Notes under the pieces: model-generated
The model's input: the letters and a program-made list of their open reading frames with translations, nothing else
Told to the model about the DNA's origin: nothing
Databases searched by the model: none
In this document: positions 57,623 to 64,000 of the stretch, piece after piece
Layout of the letters: the number at the start of each line of letters is the position of its first letter
Position numbering within the stretch: the first letter of the stretch is position 1
Source: a virus
Taxonomy: Duplodnaviria; Caudoviricetes
Length of the DNA: 64,000 nt
IMG/VR virus record: IMGVR_UViG_3300028591_000076
Location: 128,001 to 192,000 of that record
Reading direction: 5' to 3' (one strand)
Position numbers and translations under genes: made by a program

Positions 57623-58063
57623 CTAACTTTTAAGACCCATATCTCTAATAATATCTTTAATATTACCCCAATTATAAACTTTAGACTCTTCTATTCTTTT
57701 AGAAAGTTCCTCAATTGCCCATTTAGCTCCGTCCTCAAACTCCTTGGGATGCACACTTTTATTTTTTTGTAATTCTAATGCGCTAAAGTCTTCTTTAGCT
57801 TTCTTATCGAGAAGCTCTTGAATAACATCGCCATCACAATACTGGTCAATTAGGCTTTTTAAGGTTATGTTTACTTCTAAAACATCAATATTACCATATG
57901 ATGATGTATACCAATGTTTTTCATCTGTTGTATCCCAATCATAGTCAGAAAAACAACACTGAAGCATATTTGCGCCTATATGAGCTGCATCATTTATACT
58001 TTTTGCACATATATATTTAATTGTACCATCAGCGTTTACTTTAAAAAATTTAAAAAGTTTCAT
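57623..58063 (-). CDS. Hypothetical protein
   Basis: F.DGAKWA motif common in phage hypotheticals. Confidence 0.55.
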   Translation of the reverse strand: MKLFKFFKVNADGTIKYICAKSINDAAHIGANMLQCCFSDYDWDTTDEKHWYTSSYGNIDVLEVNITLKSLIDQYCDGDVIQELLDKKAKEDFSALELQKNKSVHPKEFEDGAKWAIEELSKRIEESKVYNWGNIKDIIRDMGLKS

Positions 58064-58079
58064 ATTTACATAGTAGCAC

Positions 58080-58487
58080 TTAACTATTTTCTTTAATATC
58101 TTCTAATATCTTACCAAGCCAATTATGACTTTCCTTATTTCTACATTCATTACAAGTACATACGCCCCAATAATTATCATGCCACCAATTATGCTCAATA
58201 ATGGGCTCATCTATAAGCTTTAGCTGCCTTAATAAGTCTTTATCTTCAAACTTCTGATGAACTAAATCCCACATAATTTTTAGCTTTACGTCATCCCAGT
58301 CTGATCTAACTTGTACTTTCTTTCCCAAGCATTTTGCTTTATTAGCAGCTATATTTACAAACTCTATAGCTCTTTCTGGGCATTTTTGAGCTTGATAAGC
58401 ATTTTCTACAGATGGAAAAGTTAGTCCATTATATACTATAGTACAAGGATGAAAATTGCTTAAAAATGGAAAATCTTTAAAAAACAT
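58080..58487 (-). CDS. NADAR-family protein
   Basis: FLSNF, FPSVE.AYQAQK, AK.LG, R.DW..VK..IM, KF, E.N.W.D.YWG, N.LGKIL; start moved to MFFK because of SD GAGGT. Confidence 0.9.
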   Translation of the reverse strand: MFFKDFPFLSNFHPCTIVYNGLTFPSVENAYQAQKCPERAIEFVNIAANKAKCLGKKVQVRSDWDDVKLKIMWDLVHQKFEDKDLLRQLKLIDEPIIEHNWWHDNYWGVCTCNECRNKESHNWLGKILEDIKENS

Positions 58488-58687
58488 AAATAACCTCATT
58501 AAAAATATGTAAAAATATATTAATTGGCGCTACGCAAGCCTAAGCTATATCTCTTCTTACTGTACATTAATTAATATAACTTCAATTTTGAAAAATTCAC
58601 ATTTTTAAGATATATTTTTTTCTAAAAATATAATTTAATTTCTTTATAAGTTAATTTATTTATACAAAGTGAAAATAGAGTATATAA

Positions 58688-59842
58688 ATGAATAAGAAAT
58701 ATGATTATATTGAATTATTAAGTGAGCTGGATGCACAGCAATATAGGTTATTTAATATTTGTTCAATAAATAGTACTTATTTTGGTAATCTTATATTTAA
58801 TAATATAAGTCAAGATTGTGAGATTAACTCAGCGGTATTTAATAGAACATATTTTACAGAATGGTTAAATCAAATAATTGATGACTCGATGACTAGATTA
58901 GAAAGTGAAGTTATTAGGTGGATTCATGATTATCCAGGGTTTTTTGATTTTTATAAGGGCGACTGGTCAGTAGATTCTATTATTAATTCTGTAATTCAAA
59001 GCTGGAAAAATAAACCAAAAACATTAAGGCTTAATAAGCTAAGTATGTTATATGCAAATTATATAAGATTTTTAGGTACATCTAGCGGACAAACATTCTT
59101 ATACGGAACTACTGCTTATAATATATCAGATTATGCAGATATACTAGACTCTGAAGATACGCCTTATTATAATGACCTAGAGCATAAATTACAAAATTTG
59201 ATTACTTGTAAAAAGCTAGTTTTATCAGATGTAGCTAAAACTGGTATTGATGCTTGTATAGCAAGTGCTATATGGAATTCTATATTTAATACAGATGGAA
59301 AATATAATTTAACTAAAGCGCTTAATATACTTAAAGCAGATCCTAAAATGACACAAATGTCAGATATGCAAATGCGTAGAAGACTTCAAAAAATGAAGGT
59401 AGCAATTCTTGAGTCTTTATTAAAAGATGATAAAATAGATACATATTTTGATGCTGATTATACCTTAAGTATGGATGGTACAAATTTTACATTAAAATCA
59501 GCTTTGGAATATTATCTTGTAACAACTAAGCATGACTTGGAAGATAAAAAACCCGCATTTTCTGATTGCCCTAAAATATTAAATGGACATGTAAATATAA
59601 GCGCATTTACAAGAGATGAATTTAGACTAACTATTGAAAAGTATTGTATAGCTAATAACATACCATTTTCTTATCATACAAATTTCTGTAATGGAATAGC
59701 AAAATTGAAAATTGATGCTAATCTAAAAAAGCATAAGACTTATAAATTATGGATATATACTGGTGGTGGGTATAAGGATTTTTATACTGGAAATACGGGT
59801 TATATTACAGAAATTATACCAAAGGAATATTTTGATTTATGA
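58688..59842 (+). CDS. Hypothetical protein
   Basis: 384-aa ORF coupled (ATGA) to the helicase. Confidence 0.6.
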   Translation: MNKKYDYIELLSELDAQQYRLFNICSINSTYFGNLIFNNISQDCEINSAVFNRTYFTEWLNQIIDDSMTRLESEVIRWIHDYPGFFDFYKGDWSVDSIINSVIQSWKNKPKTLRLNKLSMLYANYIRFLGTSSGQTFLYGTTAYNISDYADILDSEDTPYYNDLEHKLQNLITCKKLVLSDVAKTGIDACIASAIWNSIFNTDGKYNLTKALNILKADPKMTQMSDMQMRRRLQKMKVAILESLLKDDKIDTYFDADYTLSMDGTNFTLKSALEYYLVTTKHDLEDKKPAFSDCPKILNGHVNISAFTRDEFRLTIEKYCIANNIPFSYHTNFCNGIAKLKIDANLKKHKTYKLWIYTGGGYKDFYTGNTGYITEIIPKEYFDL

Positions 59843-61731
59843 TTTCAATTAGTGTTAATAAAAACTCTGGTTTCTTAGAGTTAAAAGTATTTGGTGAAGA
59901 CTTTACTGATACGGTAGAATTTTTAAGAGATTATCACTGTGCTTTTGATGTAAAAAAGAAAGTTTGGACTAAACCTATTTCTCTACTTAAGCTACTTAAA
60001 GCGGATTTATCAGTTAGACATATTGAATATGATATTTCAGAATATGATGAAAAAGAAGCAGAAGAATATCTTAATTCTTTAAAAGAACTAAAATTATCTG
60101 ATAGTCGAAGAACACTAAATTTTGATTTAATGAAATGTCCTCCACTTAAAGGAAAAGCGCCTAATGAGAACTATCAGAAGCAGGATATATTAAGAGCTAT
60201 AAATCAAAATAGATTTCTTTTCAATTGGGAAATGGGTCTTGGTAAATCTTATGCTCTAGCAGTTTTAATAGAGCATTTAAGGTATTATAAACTTATAGAT
60301 AAATGTTTAATTTTCTCAACTGGCGTTGGTGTCTTTAATCTAAAAGACGAACTTCTTAAATTTGGCAAGGATTTTAAGGCTGAGGATATCTTAGTTTTGA
60401 ATTCGCTTACAGAAGCTTCATATGAAGATAGAGACTTATTTAACGAAAATAAGTATCCACAAAGTATTATCATAATGACATATGACGCATTTAAGGGTAT
60501 TAATAATTATTATTATGATAAATTTAATGCTACTAAGTCTAATAAAAAGCCATCTACAAAAACAAAATATAGAAAAAGCTTTTTACCACTAGATCAATGG
60601 CTAGATGGAAAAGCTGGCGCTATATTCCTTGACGAGTGTCACTCTTTAGCTAATCCTTCATCTAGACGATCTGAAATATTTAAGATGAATTTAGATAAAT
60701 TTACTTATAGATATGAATTTACTGGTACTTTAGCTGATAAGTATGAAAAGCTATATATGCCATTATTTATTCTTGATAAGTCCTTAGTAAACGGCTGTAG
60801 CTATAATGAATGGCTTATGCAATATAATGATTTAGGTAATAGATTTTCTAGATATGCTATAAATGATGATAAGTGGGATATTGGAAAAATTGAAAACTTA
60901 AATAGAGACTTAATTAGAAATTATGCATCTAAAAGACTTATGACAGAATGTTTGGACTTACCATTAAATTATGAGGTTCCTACTATTCATGTTGATATGT
61001 CCCAAGCACAAAGAGAAATTTATGAAGGATTTATCAGAGAACAAATTAGGCTTATAAAAGAAAGAGAAAATAGTAATAGTGATAATATCATAAATATGTT
61101 CCAAGTTTTCCAGCTTTCTTGTGAGAATATTAAGTGTATTGAAAATAATAGGTCCTTTAGCAAATATTCAGAAGAACTTCAAGAAAAAATAAAGAAGTAT
61201 GATTTTATAAAAGATAATAATAAAATAAAAGTTTTGGATTCAATTCTTGAAGAAGAAACGGAAAATGGGCAAAGAGGCATTGTTTGGTATTATCATCCTT
61301 TGAGCAAGGACTATTTGAAAGAGCATTTAGCAAAATATAATCCAGTTATTGTTGAAGCAGGATTAAAAAATGATGATTTACATAATACTATAAATGAATT
61401 TAAAAATAATCCAAAACATAAAATTCTTATAGCATCTATAAATGTTATGAATACATCTGTAACTGTAACTGAAGCTACATATAACGTATATTTTGAAAGA
61501 ACATTTAATTATACTGTTTATAGTCAGAGTAGGGGAAGAATTTATAGGCCTAGCCAGAAATATATGTGTAGAACATATCATATGGCTTTTAATGATTCTA
61601 TCGACTTTTTCCAGCTAGAAAACTTAGCCCAGAAAGGCCAAATAGTAAATGCGCTTTTAAATAAAAAATTTATTGACCAAGGTTTATGGAAAAAAGTATT
61701 CAATGCTAATGAAGGATTTACTGTAGAATAA
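59839..61731 (+). CDS. SNF2-family helicase/translocase
   Basis: YQ, EMGLGKS, TYD, LDECH, TGT, QSRGRIYR..Q. Confidence 0.85.
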   Translation: MISISVNKNSGFLELKVFGEDFTDTVEFLRDYHCAFDVKKKVWTKPISLLKLLKADLSVRHIEYDISEYDEKEAEEYLNSLKELKLSDSRRTLNFDLMKCPPLKGKAPNENYQKQDILRAINQNRFLFNWEMGLGKSYALAVLIEHLRYYKLIDKCLIFSTGVGVFNLKDELLKFGKDFKAEDILVLNSLTEASYEDRDLFNENKYPQSIIIMTYDAFKGINNYYYDKFNATKSNKKPSTKTKYRKSFLPLDQWLDGKAGAIFLDECHSLANPSSRRSEIFKMNLDKFTYRYEFTGTLADKYEKLYMPLFILDKSLVNGCSYNEWLMQYNDLGNRFSRYAINDDKWDIGKIENLNRDLIRNYASKRLMTECLDLPLNYEVPTIHVDMSQAQREIYEGFIREQIRLIKERENSNSDNIINMFQVFQLSCENIKCIENNRSFSKYSEELQEKIKKYDFIKDNNKIKVLDSILEEETENGQRGIVWYYHPLSKDYLKEHLAKYNPVIVEAGLKNDDLHNTINEFKNNPKHKILIASINVMNTSVTVTEATYNVYFERTFNYTVYSQSRGRIYRPSQKYMCRTYHMAFNDSIDFFQLENLAQKGQIVNALLNKKFIDQGLWKKVFNANEGFTVE

Positions 61732-61763
61732 AAATTTGTGTTAATATATTTTAAGAGGTTTGA

Positions 61764-62282
61764 ATGTTTAAAGATTACTTAAAAACTTTTTTAAGATATT
61801 TTCTAGTAATATTTGCATGTAATGCTGCTACTGTTATTACATCTTTTAAGTCAGATGGATTACCTTTATTATTAGCTACAATAGGAATTGCTATTGTAGT
61901 TGCGATAGCTGCAGTACCATTACAGGTTATTACTACAAGTAAGCTATCTAAAAAAGAACAAGATATGCAGTTAGAAAATACTGCTGAAGACTTCTTTAGT
62001 AAGTTATCTGATAAAGAAAATGAGTCTATTGGTAAAATCATTAAGTATGTTCAAGAACATGGTGGTGGAGAAACTTATCTAGAGATGGACGAAAATCAAA
62101 AGATGCGTCTAAGAACTATGACAAAAGAACATAATATTGAAGTAGCGGTAGACTTAGGTATAATCGAGCTTCCAAATCCAAAGTATGATATTGAGTCATC
62201 TGGTTGGAAACTTGAAATGGAAAAAATTTTTGATAATTTATCTAATAGATTAAAAACAGCATTAGGAGAAAATTATAAATGA
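61764..62282 (+). CDS. Hypothetical membrane protein
   Basis: Two N-terminal hydrophobic helices; SD GAGGT. Confidence 0.6.
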   Translation: MFKDYLKTFLRYFLVIFACNAATVITSFKSDGLPLLLATIGIAIVVAIAAVPLQVITTSKLSKKEQDMQLENTAEDFFSKLSDKENESIGKIIKYVQEHGGGETYLEMDENQKMRLRTMTKEHNIEVAVDLGIIELPNPKYDIESSGWKLEMEKIFDNLSNRLKTALGENYK

Positions 62283-63067
62283 AATTAGTTGTTGACAACG
62301 TAACTTATGGATTAGTTCCATATGGTCCAGGAACAGGCACAAGAGCACTTGGTGTTTACTTTAAAGAAGCTGATGGCGAATTTGACTATAAGCCAGAAGT
62401 TGATGAAAATGGTAAACCTGTAACAGAAGATAAGACTTTAATTAACGCTGCTGGACTTCTTAAAGATATTCTTAATTCTATTAAAGAAAAGAGCTATGAA
62501 CAGCCTTGGGCATCATTCCTTCTTGGACGTGAATACGTATATTTTATTGGTGAAGAAACAGCTGCGCCAGCATATCGTAAAATTACTGCTGCTCTCTTTG
62601 AGGGTATTTCAAAAATGGCTCTTGAAATTCAGCAGAAGCAGTTTAAAAATATTGAAGATGAAAAGAAACTTTCAGCTGTAAAAAAGCAGCTTCATGCGCC
62701 AATGCCTGTTTTTGTAGGTACACCAAAATATTATACGGGTCTAGATACTTACTATGAAAATTTTAATTTGGTATTACTACAGCTTCCTTTGGAAGAAGAT
62801 GCAAAGTTTAACCAGATGGCTACAGTAGAAGTTGCAAATCATGCATTTAGCGTATTTGTTCTTAAAATGGACAAAGAGCATTTTGAAAAACAGAAAGAAA
62901 TCCTTAAGTCTTCATATGAAGATATTGGAGCACTTTCATTACCTGCTACAAGAATTTTTATTGTAGATGAGTCAGGCGATGATGCTATTGCAGAATTTGC
63001 TCTAGAAAAAGGTTATAGAATAAATCACACAATGAATTATTCAGATAAGTATCAGCTTAGCATTTAA
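62279..63067 (+). CDS. Hypothetical protein
   Basis: SD AGGAG; highly expressed codon style. Confidence 0.65.
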   Translation: MKLVVDNVTYGLVPYGPGTGTRALGVYFKEADGEFDYKPEVDENGKPVTEDKTLINAAGLLKDILNSIKEKSYEQPWASFLLGREYVYFIGEETAAPAYRKITAALFEGISKMALEIQQKQFKNIEDEKKLSAVKKQLHAPMPVFVGTPKYYTGLDTYYENFNLVLLQLPLEEDAKFNQMATVEVANHAFSVFVLKMDKEHFEKQKEILKSSYEDIGALSLPATRIFIVDESGDDAIAEFALEKGYRINHTMNYSDKYQLSI

Positions 63068-63071
63068 AATT

Positions 63072-63100
63072 AAAGGGACTCAAATGAGTCCCTTTATTTA
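63072..63100. terminator. Bidirectional intrinsic terminator
   Basis: AAAGGGACTC-aaat-GAGTCCCTTT. Confidence 0.75.
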
Positions 63101-63102
63101 TT

Positions 63103-63375
63103 TTAAATAAAGTAATTTTCATATATTGAATTTTTATTTGTAAAATACCCCTGAACTAGACTACGTAATTCAGTTAGCGTTTGTAAACTCATTGTACCAT
63201 TTTCCTTATCAAGACTCGCAGCATTCATCTCCATGTCGCTTCTTAAACTAATCTTTATGTGTTCATCCAATACAGTAAACTCTAAATAGTCAGTAAATAA
63301 ATGTTCATCTTTTTTATTATCAACTTTAGTAAGAAAATCATCTAAAAATTTATAAAGCTTTAAGGATTCAGTCAT
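63103..63375 (-). CDS. Hypothetical protein
   Basis: 90-aa ORF ending at a terminator. Confidence 0.55.
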   Translation of the reverse strand: MTESLKLYKFLDDFLTKVDNKKDEHLFTDYLEFTVLDEHIKISLRSDMEMNAASLDKENGTMSLQTLTELRSLVQGYFTNKNSIYENYFI

Positions 63376-63421
63376 AATTAAAATATGTAAATAAATAATA
63401 AATTACGCTAATCTATAGAAT

Positions 63422-64000
63422 ATGGACGAAGTTAGAACTATAGTATATTTATGGTGGAGAAAAGATGATGAGTCACTAATAAAATTTGGAGACCATACAG
63501 AACCAATAGATAATAAAAATTGGCAAATAGATACTGAGCTTTATATACAAAAAACGGCTGCTCCAAAAGAATCTAAGACATTTAAAGATAAAATAGATTT
63601 TATTTATTATGATATTACAGATTATGCAAAAAAAGTAAACAGAAATTATAAATTTGCTAGAATAGATAATTATATTACTCGACAAGCAAATGTAGATAAA
63701 TATAGATTAGGACAAACAGACCAATTTAAGCTTCCAAAATTTGAAATAGATGTTGAAGATTTTATAAATCAAATAAAAGATGTTATATTTGGTGGGCATA
63801 ATTTAGAAGATAGAGTTCCAATATCACCTGACTTACATATATCTGACCTAAGGAAAATAGAGGTAGAAAGAAATGTAACATTTAATTTTACAGGTGATAA
63901 TAAAATACTAAACATACTAAACATACTAAGCTTTTTTGAGTCTAAAAAAATACTTATAGTTGGGAGTGCAAAAGATTATAATTCTAGCCTTTTTAATAAA
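63422..64000 (+). CDS. Partial ORF running off the window (MDEVRTIVYLWW...); not in the ORF track
   Basis: Open from ATG 63422 to the window end; IVYLW...IKFGDH resembles a GIY-YIG/T5orf172-like start. Confidence 0.6.
   Translation, partial: MDEVRTIVYLWWRKDDESLIKFGDHTEPIDNKNWQIDTELYIQKTAAPKESKTFKDKIDFIYYDITDYAKKVNRNYKFARIDNYITRQANVDKYRLGQTDQFKLPKFEIDVEDFINQIKDVIFGGHNLEDRVPISPDLHISDLRKIEVERNVTFNFTGDNKILNILNILSFFESKKILIVGSAKDYNSSLFNK
63905..63931 (+). repeat. In-frame 9-nt tandem repeat, 3 copies (ATACTAAAC)
   Basis: atactaaac atactaaac atactaagc encoding ILN ILN ILS. Confidence 0.8.

Noticed and set aside
58520-58560. GC-richer patch upstream of NADAR as a structured RNA
   Set aside because: Only a short weak stem (GGC...GCC) can be drawn; not enough support.
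1-64000. Stop-codon reassignment (TAG or TGA recoding) as in some large gut phages
   Set aside because: Conserved genes are full length in the standard code, coding density is high, and TAG/TGA end genes at sensible positions. The only broken gene (nrdD) is explained by a TAA split and an intron.
1-64000. CRISPR array, tRNA or rRNA genes
   Set aside because: Intergenic spaces are short (under ~250 nt) and show no repeat-spacer periodicity or cloverleaf/T-loop signature by eye.

Overview
This is an AT-rich, gene-dense 64 kb segment of a large myovirus (jumbo-phage-like) genome read in the standard code. Structural genes are scattered rather than clustered: tail sheath, T4 gp13-like neck, prohead protease fused to scaffold, and a tail/baseplate chaperone. 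They are interleaved with replication, repair and nucleotide genes (eukaryote-type topoisomerase IB, DinG and SNF2 helicases, clamp-like protein, SbcC/Rad50, RecU-like resolvase, TMK, DHFR, HAD nucleotidase, DUF3310, NrdD/NrdG) and host-like accessory genes (DnaK, Hsp20, rhomboid, GT2, AAA+, NADAR, SprT). Short transcription units are bounded by bidirectional terminators. Seven homing-endonuclease-like genes are present. Best novelty candidates: (1) a family of repeat-containing mobile nucleases fused to DNA-modifying domains (two PD-(D/E)XK + methyltransferase paralogues and one Vsr-like + GNAT-like protein); (2) an NrdD split into two polypeptides, whose second half starts with an 18-codon exon missing from the ORF track and is cut at MG|CR by a group I intron; (3) a long eukaryote/thaumarchaeal-type TopIB; (4) a CTAATT promoter-like motif 5-6 nt before SD-less ATGs, suggesting leaderless mRNAs; (5) a predicted +1 frameshift at UUU_CGC; (6) a shared N-terminal capsid-targeting-like peptide; (7) a pseudoknot in the hsp20 leader. 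All product calls come from visual motif recognition, not database searches.
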